Of a DNA stretch of 64,000 nt, positions 40,082 through 52,990 are shown in pieces; the stretch's first letter is position 1, and the number at the start of each line of letters is the position of its first letter. Made by a program: the position numbers and the translations under genes. This DNA is from Chiloscyllium plagiosum. Lineage: Eukaryota. The notes under the pieces are model-generated. The model was not told the origin of the DNA. It did not search any database and worked only from the letters and a program-made list of their open reading frames with translations. The DNA is taken from the NCBI RefSeq assembly GCF_004010195.1, contig NC_057759.1, positions 4,082,301 to 4,146,300 on the forward strand. Reading direction: 5' to 3'.

Positions 40082-40348
40082 CTTTTACAACAACGCTCAT
40101 ATCGTCTGAGATCCATTTCCTGAAACCCAGTTTCTGCTCACATCGATAAGTTGCTCCATCTGAAAATCTCATCCTTGCTATCATGTATTCGAGTTCATGT
40201 TCTCCTTCAATTAAGGAATTGTTTCGATACCAAACGTAAGCGTAATCTCTTTCAGATGCCCAGAAACGCTTGGAGTACTTCAGAGCAGATGTTTCACCAA
40301 GCAGCAGGGTCCTTGAATGGACTTGCGCAGTCCATGCCACACTCGAAG
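40082..40348 (-). pseudogene. Ig-receptor copy 2: second Ig exon
   Basis: tctttaAG|...|GTAGGT, 267 nt, open: LLLGETSALKYS...YVWYRNN...SDGATYRCEQ...ISDDMSVVVK. The first canonical Cys appears as Tyr. Confidence 0.82.
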
Positions 40349-40394
40349 CTTAAAGAAGAAAACATAACTTATAAGATCTGACAAGCCTTGTTAG

Positions 40395-40930
40395 CACTTA
40401 GGGAAGTCTTATTGCAACTTCACAAGGTGATGGGGAGACGACACTTGAAGCACTGGGAGCAGTTTGAATCCCTTTGTTTGAGGAATGATATTATTGCATT
40501 GGAGACAGTTCAGATAAAGTTTACTGGCATGATCTCTGGTAAGGAGAGATTGCCTTATGGAGCAAAGGCTAAACAGGTTGGGATTCGACTCGCCGGAGTA
40601 TAGAAGAATGAGAGGTGATCTCAGTGAAATATATAGGGACTTAACAGGTTCAATGATGAGCGGATGTTTCCCCCTCATGGGAGAGTCCAGGGCCAAAGGG
40701 CACAGTCTCAGAATAAAGGGGCACTGATTGAAGAGAGAGATGAGGGCGAATTTCTTCTCTCAGAGAGTTAAGAGTCTTTGAAACTCCTTGCCATCGAGAG
40801 CTGTGAGGCGACAGAGCCCTTGTGCAAATTGAAGGCTGAGACAGATAGATTCTTGATCAGTCGGGGAATCACGAGAACGAGCAGGAAAGGGGACATAAGG
40901 AATGTTTGATCAACCACGATCCCATTGGAT
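40395..40930 (+). mobile_element. CR1 LINE 3' fragment
   Basis: LLQLHKVMGRRHLKHWEQF...LETVQIKFTGMI; ttcttctctcagagag. Confidence 0.75.
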
Positions 40931-41029
40931 GGCACACCAGGATATCAACACGATTGGACAATCTCAGGATGATCATCACAACAAGAATTTATCATCTAAA
41001 TTCGGATCCGAGAATGCTTTCCATAGGGG

Positions 41030-41340
41030 GAGATGATGGCCTAGTAGTATTATTAATTGTTAATCCAGTGAATCGGGTGCAAATCCCGCCATAGCAGATC
41101 GTGGAATTTGGAACCAATTAATAAAAATCTTGAATTCAGAGTCTAATGATGCCCCTAAATTAACTGCTGATTATCAGGGGAAAAATACCTGGTTCACTAA
41201 TATCCTTTAGGGAAGGATATCTGCCAACAGTTCTCAATCTGACCTACAAGTGACTCCAGACACACAACAACATTGTTTTCCACTGGACAATTAGGGATGG
41301 GCAGTAGGTGTCGGCCTAGCTAGCATCATCTATAACCCCA
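41030..41340 (+). mobile_element. DeuSINE/SacSINE1-like SINE
   Basis: gggtgcaaatcccgcc...ctggttcactaatatcctttagggaagg...gtgactccagac...ttagggatgggca. Confidence 0.6.
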
Positions 41341-41409
41341 AAACAACTAAAAAATTGTAATGCAATGGAATATCAAGGCAAAACGTATTAATCAGATACT
41401 ACAATGCAA

Positions 41410-42295
41410 GCGATGATGCAGATGGTATGAAGACTGGCTGGATGATTCACAGTGAGGGAGAAGGTCAGATGGGCAGGTCAATGACAGATGGAGTTGAACT
41501 CTGTTAATGGGAGGTAAATCACTTTGGAAGAAGGGATGAGACAAGGGCATACTCAGTGAGTAGTAGGACACTTGGAAGCACAGGGATCTTGGGATGTTTG
41601 TCCACAGATCTCTGGAGGTGGCAGAATAGTTTAATAGGACGGTTAAGAAGGCATAGGGGACACTTGCCATTGTCAGTGAATGAGTAGATTATAAGAACTA
41701 GGTAGAGTGGGATGGGACTTTAGTGAGTCCACAGCTGAAGCACTGTGTGCAGTTCCAGTCTCCACATAATAGGAAGGATGTGATTGCACAGGAGAGGGTG
41801 CAGACGAGATTCCCTAGGATGCTGTCTGATTTAGAGCATTTCAGCGATGAAGAGTGGCTGAGTAAGCTCAGGTTGTTTACTATGGAGCAGAGTAGCCTAA
41901 GGGGCGATCTGATAGAGGTGTATAAGATTAAGAGTAACATGCATGGGGTGGGGGGGGGGGGGGGGGGGGGGGGGTGCGGGGTAGATCAAGTAGCTGTTCC
42001 GCTAAGTCGAAGGGTCAATAACAAGGAGGGGAGGCATCATTATAAATCGAAAGACAGGAGGTTTAGAGAGGGATTTGAGGATGGTTTCACACAGAGAGTA
42101 GGAGAATTTGGAAGGCACTACGCGGGAGGGTGGATGAGGTGGGAAACCTCTCAAACTTTAAATGCTCTTCGTCATCCACTTGCAATGTTATAAAATTCAA
42201 GGTTATTGGCCGAGTACAGGATAGTGGGAATAGCGTAGAAAGATCAGTGCAGAGCCGATGGGTTGAAGGATCCCTTCTGTACTGTAGCTGACCAG
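41410..42295 (+). mobile_element. CR1 LINE 3' fragment containing a poly-G tract (41945-41973)
   Basis: HCVQFQSPHNRKDVIAQERVQTRFPRML...LRGDLIEVYKI. Confidence 0.8.
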
Positions 42296-42713
42296 GACTC
42301 TGTGACTCACTCACTAAAGTAAATGAAAAGCTGAATTAATTTGGAAGTGAATGTGGCCCAATTTATGATGATGCCCAGCCTAGTCAGCAAAGTAGGTAAA
42401 GCTCTTGGAGCAAGGGGTCATGAAAGCAGGTCAAAGATCAGTCGTTGCAACTGACTGGAAAGTGAGCAGAATCGAGAGGCCGAACAGTCTACTCCTGTTC
42501 CGATTTTTTCTGATCCTGATGGTCAACATTAAAATCCGGAGAGCCTGAGAATTCCTTTCCTTGGGAAGTGGGATGGAAAGCCACAATACCTCACCGCACC
42601 CCTTGGGACATAATGAATGGAACAGCGTGCAGTACGATATATCGTGCGCTCTCTCTGCAAAAAAGAATGTGGTTCGACACAGATACGTATATGATCACTC
42701 AATATTTACGTAC

Positions 42714-42956
42714 CAATGGTCACCACTTCCAAAGGTTCACTTGGTGAAAAAAGGTTCCCAATTTGACACAGGTACAAGCCTTCAATTTTACTGTCAACCC
42801 TTCCACTGAAGTCATAAAATTTAACCTTGTAAAAGTTGTTCTTATATCAGGTAGCCTTTATAAATCTGTTGTTGCATTGACAGTTCAGAGTAAACCACTT
42901 CTCTTCTTAGATGACACTATCCCTAGGATTAGTTATGACAGCCTCTGCGAATTGGC
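42714..42956 (-). pseudogene. Ig-receptor copy 2: first Ig exon
   Basis: ttctgcAG|GC...G|GTACGT, 243 nt, phase 1-1: QFAEAVITNPRDSVI*EEKWFTLNCQCNNRFIKAT*YKNN...IEGLYLCQIGNLFSPSEPLEVVTI. Stops at 42907-42909 and 42847-42849; the latter replaces the conserved Trp. Confidence 0.8.
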
Positions 42957-43109
42957 CTGCAGAACAATGATAACATGCATTTCTAATGAGTAAAACTTTA
43001 ATTTAAGGCTTTCACTCTTCATTACAGTTCATGCCTTTGGTTTTTCTGCCCAACGCAAAATCTGCATTTCGTCGATTAATCAATGTTTCTCCTCATCAAA
43101 TCCTGATCA

Positions 43110-43630
43110 CCATTCACAAGGCACAATTCAGGAGCCAGGAGAGGGCATACTCCTTACTTGCCTGGATGGATGCAGCTCGAACAACACTCGAGAAGCTCGA
43201 CACCATACAGGGAAAAAGCAGTTTCTGCACCACATCCATGAACATCCATTGCCTCTTCCACTGACACTCAGTGGCAACAGTGTGCACCATTGACAAGGTG
43301 TACTGCAGAAATTCACCAAAGATTTTGAGACAGCACCTTCCAAACCCATAGTCACTTCCATCCAGAAGGACACAGTATACAGATACATGGGAACAACATC
43401 CCCTGCAAATTCCACTCTGAGCCACTCACCATCCTGACTTGGAAATACAGCAGTTGCTCCTTCAGTGTTACTGGGTCAAAATCATCGAATTCGTTCCCTC
43501 AGGGAATTGTGGGTCTACCTGCAGCATGTGGACTTCAGTGGTTAAAGAAGGCTGCTCAGCATCACCTTCTCAAGTGGGCAACTGGGGGTAGTGACTATAC
43601 ATGATGGGCCCAGCCAGTGACGCCCATGTC
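43110..43630 (+). mobile_element. L2/CR1-clade LINE 3' end
   Basis: IHKAQFRSQERAYSLLAWMDAARTTLEKLDTIQGK followed by a conserved 3' UTR. Confidence 0.75.
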
Positions 43631-43639
43631 CTATCAGCG

Positions 43640-44400
43640 GAAATGATCTTCAGTGGGACTCCATCTCCGCAAAGATTGTGTAGGGGTCACTGTTAGAGAT
43701 ACGGTCAGGGGCAGATGTATCTGCAGCTGGCAAGTTGTTAAGGAATGTCAGGTTGTTTTTCCCTCATGTTGATTCCCACACCACCTGCTGCAGACCTAGT
43801 CTAGCAGCTATGTACTTTAGGACCCGACCAGCTCGAATAGTAGTGCTGCTGCCGAGCCACTGTTCGTGGTGGACACTGAAATCCCCCACCCAGGTGAGAT
43901 ATTGTGCCCTTGTCGTCCTCAGTGTTTCGTCTAGTTTTCGTTCAAAATGAAGGAATGCCGATTCATCAGTTGAGGAAGGACAGTAAGTGATTTCCTTGAC
44001 CATGTTTGACCTGAAGCCATGAGAACTCATGTTGTCCGGAGTCAATGTTGAGGACTCGCAGGGTAACACCCTCCGGATTGTATCTCACTGTGCAGGATGT
44101 GTCTTGCTATGGGAGAGGACATATCCAGGTATGGCGATGGTTGTGTCGGGGACATTGTCTGCAAGTTATGATTCAGTGAGTACGACGATGACTCTCCCAA
44201 TTTTGGCACTCGCCCCCAGATGGTTGTGATGAGGTCTCTGCAGAGTCGACAGGGCTGTTTCTGCAATTGTCTTTTCTGGTTTCTAGTTTGATACCAGGTG
44301 ATCCGTCTGGTTTAGGTACTTTGTTGATACTTCAAAGCGATGGATACAACTGAATAGCTTTCTCGGCCATTTGAAAGGGCAGTTAAAGGTCAACCCTGAT
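43640..44400 (-). mobile_element. APE endonuclease fragment of an L2/CR1-clade LINE
   Basis: TYCPSSTDESAFLHFERKLDETLRTTRAQYLTWVGDFSVHHEQWLGS (GDFN-type motif). Confidence 0.75.
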
Positions 44401-45824
44401 AAATAGTTGAAGGATTCGACATGTTAACGCTGTTTCTCTCTGTCTCCACAGATACTATCAGACCTACTGAGTTCATGCAGTACTTTCTGTGTTTACAACC
44501 TGTAGCGTTAACTCTGTTTCTCTCTCCATAGATGATGGTGGACCTGCTGAGTTTCTCCAGTACTTTCTGTGTTTATAAGCGGTAATGTTAATTCTGTTCC
44601 TCCCACTCTCTCTCTCTGTCTCTCTCTCTCTCTGTCTCCCCATTGACCTGCTAAAACGTTGAAATTTGGCATTTTTGCTTTCTTGTCCTGATTAATATGA
44701 GACAAGAAATCTCAAACAATTGATTCATTCTCTACGAGCAATACTGCCAAGTGAGTATTGGCAAAGATTCCCAACTTTCGAAAGTCGCTGGAATCGACTT
44801 AAGGAAAGGGTGGGGTGGGGGGTTGGGGGAATCACTTTACAAAATGCAGCTTTCAGTTGATTTTGAATGTTTGAAAAGGAACATGTCATTAGAACATTGC
44901 TCAGTTCCAGATCATGGCAAATTCACTACAGTCTTATCAGACCATTGGGCTGTTTTCCCATTACAGAGAGATGACTGAGTGGTGGTTTAACCAGATGGTC
45001 ACCACTCCTCAGGCAACGGGAGAGGTTGAGAAGGAGAGTCTTTCATGGTGACATCAGCTGGTGTGGGAACTGAATGCTCGCTGTTGGCGTTCCAACATAT
45101 TGCAAAACAGCTTTTCAAGCTCCAATAAACTCCATCCTCTGTCTGAGGCAGGAATAGGAGATGATCTGGAAAAGGGGGTAATTACAATTCAAATAGTCTT
45201 AACTCACACCCAAACCCAACATCACTGAAGCCAAAGATACTGATTTATTCCAAAGATTTATCGTAAGAAAAATGATTGAGCAGTTTAGGCCGATATTCTC
45301 TCAAGTTTAGAGAAAGGATAGGAGATCTAACTTAGAGATATAGACTGCTAAACGGGGGTTGACAAAGGAGATGGAGAGAGGATGTTTCCTCATGTGTGAC
45401 AATCTAGAACGAGAGGTTATCGTTTCAGGAGCAGGGGTTAGGACAGAGTGAGGATAGAGATTGGCTTCTGTCAAAGGGAGTCGTGGTTCTATGGGAATAT
45501 ACCCCAACCCAGAGTGTGTGGGTGTACTGGGACACTGAATAAACTGAAGGAGGATATAGATTTTTAATCAGTGATGGGTTAAAGGAAGCGAGGGCAAGAA
45601 AATGGAGTTGAGACAGAGATGGCATTAGCTGCGATTGTGTGTGTTGGGAGAGCAGGCTCCCCTGGGGCTTAAATGGCCTGCTGTTTCTAGCCCTTATGTA
45701 TGTATGATGTGCCATGAATAACAATGGAGAACTTCCACACGGTGTGAGTACCGAGGGATAATGCCAATAGCAAATACAATCAATCCTCAACACTGAGGAT
45801 TCGTAGGGATACACAATCCCTAAA

Positions 45825-46090
45825 ATGAAGAAGCAAGCCATTCGACCCACCAACTTCACACCAACCTTCGAAAGGGCATCATGCCCACACCAATCTCCCT
45901 ACCCTACCCCTATAACCCTGCACTTACCAGGGCTTATCCAGCTAACCTACACATCTCTGAACACAATGGACAATTTCCCATGGATAATCCACCTAACCTG
46001 CACATCTTTGGTTTGTGGATGGAAACAGGAGCACACAGAACAAACCCATTCAGACGCGGAGAGAATGTACAAATTCCACACAGACCATCA
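45825..46090 (-). mobile_element. HE1-like SINE (diverged)
   Basis: aatccacctaacctgcacatctttgg...aaacccattcagacgcggagagaatgtacaaattccacac. Confidence 0.7.
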
Positions 46091-46397
46091 CCCGATCAAG
46101 TTCAAGTCTGCTGCTCTGGAGGAGTGTGATAACCCCACCTCCGTCATCATGGCGTTCCCAGAACATCTGCAGCGAGAGAAATCCCATGAATTCGCGCAAT
46201 AGTGTTTGGAATCTCAGAAAGCCAGGTCAAAGCATTTGGCAGGAGTTTTGGATTATTGAGAGATCGCTCCTCCATGGAGATTCCCAATCAGCCATGCTTC
46301 CTCCATCCCGATCTTCAATCGCTTACAGCTCAGTGTTCGTTCTGTCCGTGGGGCACAAATGTGCGAGCTCGAGCCCCACGCCACAGGACACACTCAC

Positions 46398-46659
46398 CCT
46401 GAAAAGTAACCAATAAAACTGCCTGGTTTCTGTTTTAGTATCTCCCTCCTGTCAGAACTGTCTGACAATTTCTGTTCTAAGATCTGTTCTAGTCAGTATG
46501 GGACAGATTCCTGATCGTCCATTCATTGAAGGGGCCAGATATATTCTTGCCCTTAAACGTCGACCAAATGAAAAGCTTAATCTTCAGATATGTACATGAG
46601 AGCGAAGGAGATGCAGGTATTAAATATCCAAAGACAACCAGTAGCCAAAAGAGTTTGAT
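46398..46659 (-). pseudogene. Ig-receptor copy 2: candidate split leader (31-nt S1 at 46629-46659 and 21-nt S2 at 46398-46418)
   Basis: S1 ATC AAA CTC TTT TGG CTA CTG GTT GTC TTT G (start codon and donor both non-canonical). S2 cAG|TT TTA TTG GTT ACT TTT CAG G|GTGAGT. Spliced to exon 42714-42956 this gives IKLFWLLVVFVLLVTFQGQFAEA. Confidence 0.4.
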
Positions 46660-46882
46660 AAATTCAAAACCCACTGGTGACCAGAACAGACTGATGGTCA
46701 CACTGACGTGAAAGTAGCTTCCCTGGGAGAAAATGAGTGGAGTTAAAATGCATTGCGAAACATGGTTTCTATCATAAAGTTAAGAAGTTTGTTATCTGTA
46801 CGCAGGAATTACATTGTACCGCTTTATCAACCAGTGTATAGAATCGAATGAACACCCCTCACCCCATCTAACATCTTGCTTC

Positions 46883-47002
46883 TTACTTGCGCGGAATATT
46901 CATGTAAACATTTCCATCCCCTCCGTCTTCTTCCTGCGAGGGCTCGCTGAGGTTCAGTGTGGCGTATTTGATACAAGAATCGTCAGAGTCAGTCTTTGAA
47001 TC
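46883..47002 (-). pseudogene. Ig-receptor copy 1: terminal cytoplasmic exon
   Basis: attaaAG|GAT...TAA, 120 nt, phase 0: DSKTDSDDSCIKYATLNLSEPSQEEDGGDGNVYMNIPRK*. ITIM IKYATL plus a YxN motif. Confidence 0.82.
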
Positions 47003-47411
47003 CTTTAATGGAATGACATTGGAAGGAAATTGGAATTGAGTGGGAGCAAGAAGCAGAAGGGGAAAGAGAGGTCAGTTGGGTTACAGGTAGCAGTGAATCT
47101 CAGAAAAAGATGGGAATCACCAGCAGGCGGTTCAGGGCCTGGAACGTAGAAATCTGGCGGCAATGTGATACTGTCCCTATCTCTGAGCCAGGAGGGCAGA
47201 GTTCAAGTCCCACATGCTGCTGTGGTGTGCCATATAGATATAGAAGCTGGAAGATGATGTGCGAGCGGGACAGGACTTTGGTGAGGCCATTGTGTACTGT
47301 TTCAATGTCTGCACTATCATAAAGATGTGATACACTGGAGGGAATGCAGAGGAGATTCACCAGGATGTTGTCTGGGATGGAGCATTTCAGTGATGAAAAG
47401 AGGCTAGATAA

Positions 47412-47718
47412 GCGGCACAGTGGTTAGTACTGCTGCCTCACAGCGCCGGAGACCCGGGTTCAATTCCCGCCTCAGGCGACTGACTGTGTGGAGTTTGCAC
47501 GTTCTCCCCGTGTCTGCGTGGGTTTCCTCCGGGTGCTCCGGTTTCCTCCCACAGTCCAAAGATGTGCAGGTCAGGTGAATTGGCCATGCTAAATTGTCCG
47601 TAGTGTTAGGTAAGGGGTAAATGTAGAGGAATGGGTGGGTTGCGCTTCGGCGGGTCGGTGTGTACTTGTTGGGCTGAAGGGCCTGTTTCCACACTGTAAT
47701 ATAATCTAATCTAAATCT
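47412..47718 (+). mobile_element. HE1 SINE, young, inserted in a CR1 fragment
   Basis: gcggcacagtggttagtactgctgcctcacagcgccggagacccgggttcaattccc; (taatc)n tail. Confidence 0.92.
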
Positions 47719-48319
47719 AAAGCGCCGCTTGCTTTCTTTGGAATAGAGTAGACGGAGGTGGTTTGATTTTGTTTCCATTTACTTCTGGGATGGCAGCATC
47801 GTGGCTGGGCCCAGAATTTGTTGCCCAGTCTCCAGTTGGTCTCCTGAGCAACTGTACTCCCACCTGCTGAAGGTTAACTCGCAATTCACGTAGGGAGGGA
47901 ATTTCTGCATTTAGACCCAGCGACACAGAAGGAACGGCTGATGTATTTCCAAAGGATGTTGAGTGGCTCGCTAGGGTTGGTGTTCCCGTCTGCTACCCTG
48001 GCCCTTCCAAGTGGAATTGGCTGTGGGTTATAACGCTGCTATCCTAGGATCTTGCTGACTTCCTACAGTGAATCTTGTAGACGATACACACTGCTGCTAC
48101 CAATTGGGTCCAAATGACAACGGACTGACAAGCATTCAACGTCAATATCAGTGATGTTATAATAATGTATGAAAGGGAACTGGAACATCAACACTAATAT
48201 TGCCCCAATTTTGAAACTCACTTGTCTCTGGGCATTGGAAGTGGAATGCGAAACAGTGAGTAATCTACTCCATTAAGAAAGCATTGCCGGTTATTTTCCA
48301 TGTGTTTATAGGCACACAC

Positions 48320-49175
48320 AAACTTGGGAGGGAGGGGGAGCAGAGAAAGAGGATGCAGAGATGCGCCAGTGTGATTTGGACAAGTTGAATGAGTGGACCA
48401 ATGCACGACAGATGCAGGATATTGTGAGATGATCCAATTGAGAGCAAAAACAGGATGGTGAATTATTATCTGAATAGTGATTGATTGAGAAAGGGTGAGG
48501 TGTAATAAGGCTGGGCGCCCCTCATACACCAGTCACTGCAAGTGAACATTGCAGAAGCAGCAGGCTGTGAAGCAGGTAAATGGAATGTTGGCCTTCATAG
48601 TGAGAGGATTCGAGACCAGGAACAGTGATGTCTTGCTGCACTTGCACCGGGTGAGACCACATCCTGGAGTAATGTGTGTGCAGTTTGGGGTCTTCTTATC
48701 TGAGGAAGGACGTTCTGGCGATGGGGGCAGGGGGTTCTGCCGGGAAGATTTCCCAATGTGATTCCTGGGATGGCAGGACTGACGGATGGAGAGAGATTGG
48801 ATTAGTTAGGATTATATTCACAGGAGTTCAGAAGAATGACGGAGAATCTGATAGAATTGTAACAGGACTAAATATGGTGAACACAGAAAGTGTGTTCCCG
48901 ATGAACAGGAGTGAGTACAGAACCTGGGGATTGCAGTCTAAAAGAGACGGAGTAGGACTAATTTGGGGAGTAATATCTTCACCCAGAGAGTGGGGAGACT
49001 GCCACAAAAAGCAGTCAGGCCAGAACACACAATGTTGTCCAGGAAGGAGTTGCATAGAGTTTTTAAGGACTAAATAGAGAAAATGGGGGAACAGGAGACT
49101 GAGTTGGATCATCTTATTGAATGGGGAGAGTAGTCTGCAAAGGCTGAATGGCTACTCCTGCCCCTACGTTTTATG
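48320..49175 (+). mobile_element. CR1 LINE 3' fragment
   Basis: QQAVKQVNGMLAFIVRGFETRNSDVLLHL. Confidence 0.75.
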
Positions 49176-49302
49176 ACATATCCTTTAATTAGTCTGATAA
49201 TAATCAGCAGTTGATGTTTTATATTGTGGATACCAGGAATAAATCTAACTGTAATTTGTGTAGAAATAGCTGTGGTCTATTTAGACATAAAATGTAACAT
49301 AC

Positions 49303-49337
49303 CTTCTTCCTATCGGAGGAAAAAACAACACTCTTGC
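49303..49337 (-). pseudogene. Ig-receptor copy 1: cytoplasmic exon 4
   Basis: ttttattttcAG|GC AAG AGT GTT GTT TTT TCC TCC GAT AGG AAG AAG|GTATGT (GKSVVFSSDRKK). Phase 1-0 fits both neighbours. Confidence 0.75.
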
Positions 49338-50805
49338 CTGAAAATAAAATACAACTAGATGAAATGGATCTGGACCCATCGAAGGCTGATCAATACTAAA
49401 TACAGAGCTGCATCTGTTGAAATCATAGCTCTGCTTTTGTCAACTTTGAAAAAAAGAAAAGAAGAATCAGTGCAACACATTCAAATTGGATTCCGAATTT
49501 CTCAATCAATCCCGACACTGCAGAATATCGCATTTAGAAAATTCGGCTCTGTTTAAATCGTGCAATTGGTTTTCTGATAAATAAGACGGTTTATCAGTTT
49601 TTAGGATGCGGGTCACTGCAACATCTTGAACAGGCCATCTTAATCTCATCAGCCTTTGTGTCACATGCCAATTGTTCAGAAAAGACTGGAGTGAACTATT
49701 CAGGTTGCATACGTTTGGGTTTTAACTCCTGTATTTGGCTAGTTCAGTGTAGTTCACCTGTGTGGATGGCTGGTGCTTGCAAAGCATTTGCCAACAGCAT
49801 GGTTACAATTCTCACACCAGCTGAAATTACCCTGAAGAACTCTCGTTATGAACCTTTACTCTCTGATGATGCATGATGACTGGCAAATTAATTTTGACAA
49901 TCCTCCCACTCCTCTCACTCTCTCTCTCTCTCTCTCTCTGTCTTTCGCTGTCTAATGAGAGAACAGGATAATGGCCTGGACGAACATGACTTTTACTCAT
50001 CCACTGACACGGTGACTGAAATGAGAGGCAGATTTCATTATAGATAAGACCAATTGCAGTTGAAATTAAGCTTATGGTTTGAGAAGCATCTGCGTGAAAA
50101 TTGTACGCTCAATTCTCCGAGCAACAATATAATGGGCGATGCTTTTATTTTCTCTGTCATCTCAAATCGGTGAGTGACAATATTTAGCCAATCGGCTTTG
50201 AACATTATGAGACAAAAACAGGACTTGCTTTCTGTCTCTCCGCAGATGCTGAGCTGCTCTAGCACTTTCTGTGTTTATATGCTGCAAAACTAAATCTGTT
50301 TCTCTCTCTTTCTCTCCACAGACGCTGCCAGACCTGCTGAGTTTCTCCAGAAATGTCTGAATTTGTTTCAGATTTGCAGTATCTGCAGTTATTAGCTTCA
50401 TGTGAAAATGATCTATAACTACCTCAGTGAAGAATAAAGTACATGTCCCACTGCCACTCTCATACACAGAATGTGTATACATGTGCAAGAAGTGATTCTG
50501 ACGCAACTACTATCATAACCCACCCACCGACATACACAACTACATCCCTCTCTAATTGCTCTGTGAATTTGTTTTGGGTCGCTGTCAACATTTAAACCAT
50601 CTCTGAATTCTTTGCCTTCACCCTATCTACAGGAGAAGAAAGGGACAGAGTAGATCAGATTGGAGATTGTTTCTGATTAGCTGGAGGTTCCACTTTCTCA
50701 GCCACTGGGATCGTACTATGGTTGGAGCTTCAGTAATCTCACCCCCACTGATCTCCCCCAGTCCCATCTCATATATTCATAGTATTGAAGAGAAGAGATC
50801 TTTAC

Positions 50806-50865
50806 CAGGCTCTGTTCTCTTTTTGATGGTGACCACTGAATAAATCAAATCCGCAGTGGTGTTTC
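50806..50865 (-). pseudogene. Ig-receptor copy 1: cytoplasmic exon 3 with ITIM
   Basis: tctttgtAG|GA...G|GTAAAG, 60 nt: GNTTADLIYSVVTIKKRTEP (ITIM LIYSVV). Confidence 0.82.
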
Positions 50866-51322
50866 CTACAAAGAAATAAAGTGTCACAAGAAACACACAT
50901 CAATCTGACAGCTTCGCTATAAAGTGCTAAATGATCTATAGATTAAATGGAGTAGATAGATACGTAGGTAAGAGAGATTGATAGACAAATACATTTTAGA
51001 CTGAGATAGATAGGAGCTTGATTAGGAAGGGAGATGAAGGTTAATAGTGAGAAAGGAGGAGAGTCAGGTTGTGGAATATATCAACCCCGATTGAGGAGGA
51101 GAGGTGCCTCGATAGGCTGAATTGCCTAATTCTGCTCCCATATCTCATGTTCCTATGATTGCATCTAGATAGATAGATAGATAAACATGTATATAGAGAC
51201 ATTTCATTAGAAATCATTATGTTAGCCAAGATCTCTCTAAAGACTGCTGTACAGGAAACGAGCTCCTCTTCATTATTATTTGCTCAGGCCACATTTGGAG
51301 TATTGTGTATTGTTTTGTTCGC

Positions 51323-52475
51323 AAGGCGAAAGTGAGGATTGCAGAAGCTGGAGTCCAGAGTCAAGATTAGAGTGGTGCTGGAAAAGCACAGCATTCGAGG
51401 AGCAGGAAAATCGACGTTCCGGGCAAAAGCCCTTCATCAGGAATGTGGCAGGGACCCTCCGGAGTGGAGAGATAAATGGAGCAGGGTGAAGCTGGGGAGA
51501 AGGTATCTAAGAGTATAATAGATGTATAGAGGTCGGGATGAAGGTGATAAGTCGGAGAGGAGGGTGCAGCGGATAGGTGGGAAGGAAGACTGGCAGGTAG
51601 GGTAGGTCATGAGAATGGTGCTGAGCTGTCAGGTTGGAACTGGGGGAAGGTGGGGGGAGGGGAAATGAGGAAACTGGTGAAGTCCACATTAATGCCCTGG
51701 GGTTGAAGTGCTCCAAGATGGAAGACGCGGCGTTCTTACTCGAGGTGTCAGGTGGTGAGGGTGTGGCGGTGGAGGAAAACCAGGACCTGCATGTCCTCGA
51801 CAGAGTAGGAAAGGGAGTTGAAATGTTCAGCCACAGGCGGAGGTGGGGTTGGTTGGTGTGGGTGTCTCGGAGATGTTTCCTAAAGCGCTCTGCAAGAAGG
51901 CATTCAGTCTCCCCGATATAAGGAAGGCCACATCGGGGCAATGGGTACAATAAATGACATTGGTAGATGTGCAGGTGAAACTTTGATGGATGTGGAAGGC
52001 TACTTTGGGGCCTTGGATGGACGTGAGAAGGGAGGTGTGGGCGTAGGTTTTGCAATTCCTGCGGTGGCAGGGGAAGGTGCCAGGACGGGAGGGTAGGTTG
52101 TTGGTGAGCGTGGAACTGACGAAGTATTCACGGAGGGAACGCTCTTTGTGGAAAGTGGAAAGGGGTGGGAAGGGAAATATATCTCTGGTGTTGGGGTCCA
52201 TTTGGAGGTGCCAGAAATGTCGGTGGATGGTATGGTTTATGCAGAGCTTGGTAGGGTGGATGGTGAGGACCGGGGGGTTCTGTCCTTGTTGTGGTTGGAC
52301 AAGTGGGCTTTGAAGGCGGAGGTGCAAGACGTGGATGAGATGCATTGGAGGGCGTCTTCAACCACGTGGGAAGGGAATTACGATATTTAAAGATGGAGGC
52401 CATCTGGTGTGTTCTGTGGTGGAACTTGGTCCTCCTGGGAGCAGATACGGTGCAGGCGGAGGAATTGGGAATATA
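51323..52475 (-). mobile_element. Penelope-like element (RT C-terminus, GIY-YIG, tail) nested in a CR1 fragment
   Basis: PGTFPCHRRNCKT...FTCTSTNVIYC...YIGET...LAERFRKH. Degenerate hammerhead at 51411-51441. CR1 sequence continues on both sides. Confidence 0.88.
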
Positions 52476-52484
52476 AGATACCTA

Positions 52485-52990
52485 CCGGAGGATGTGGAAT
52501 CTTTAGAAAGAGAGTGCAGAGAATTTTCACTGGGATGTTGCCAGCTCTCAAGATCATTGGCTAAGAGGAAAGGTTAAATCGACTTGTATTGTTTTCACTG
52601 GAAAGACAGCTTTTGAAAGGAAATCAGATAGAGATCTACGACATTATGAGAAGCATATGTAGGGAAGATAGTCAGAGGCTTTTTCCCAGGGTTGATGTTT
52701 CAACTTACAAGGGGACACATTTCAAGGTGAGAGACGGAAAGGTTTAAGGAAATTGTGCGAGGGAAGCTTTTCACACAGTAAATGGTTAGAGCCTGAAAAG
52801 CATTGCCAGAAATGACTGTGGAAGTAGGCACGTTTAACAGGCCTATGGGTGGTCACATGAACAGGGAGGGAATAGTGGGGTAGAGACCAAATAAAGGCAT
52901 GAGGTTTTTTGTATAGTTTGGTTAGGACATGATGATCGGCACAGGCTTGGAGTGCTGAAGGGCCTGTTCCTGTCCTGTACTTTTCTTTTG
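52485..52990 (+). mobile_element. CR1 LINE 3' fragment
   Basis: gaggatgtggaatctttagaaagagagtgcag...ttcacacag...gaagggcctgttcctg. Confidence 0.75.

Noticed and set aside
47412..47480. tRNA gene
   Set aside because: The A/B boxes belong to the tRNA-derived head of an HE1 SINE.
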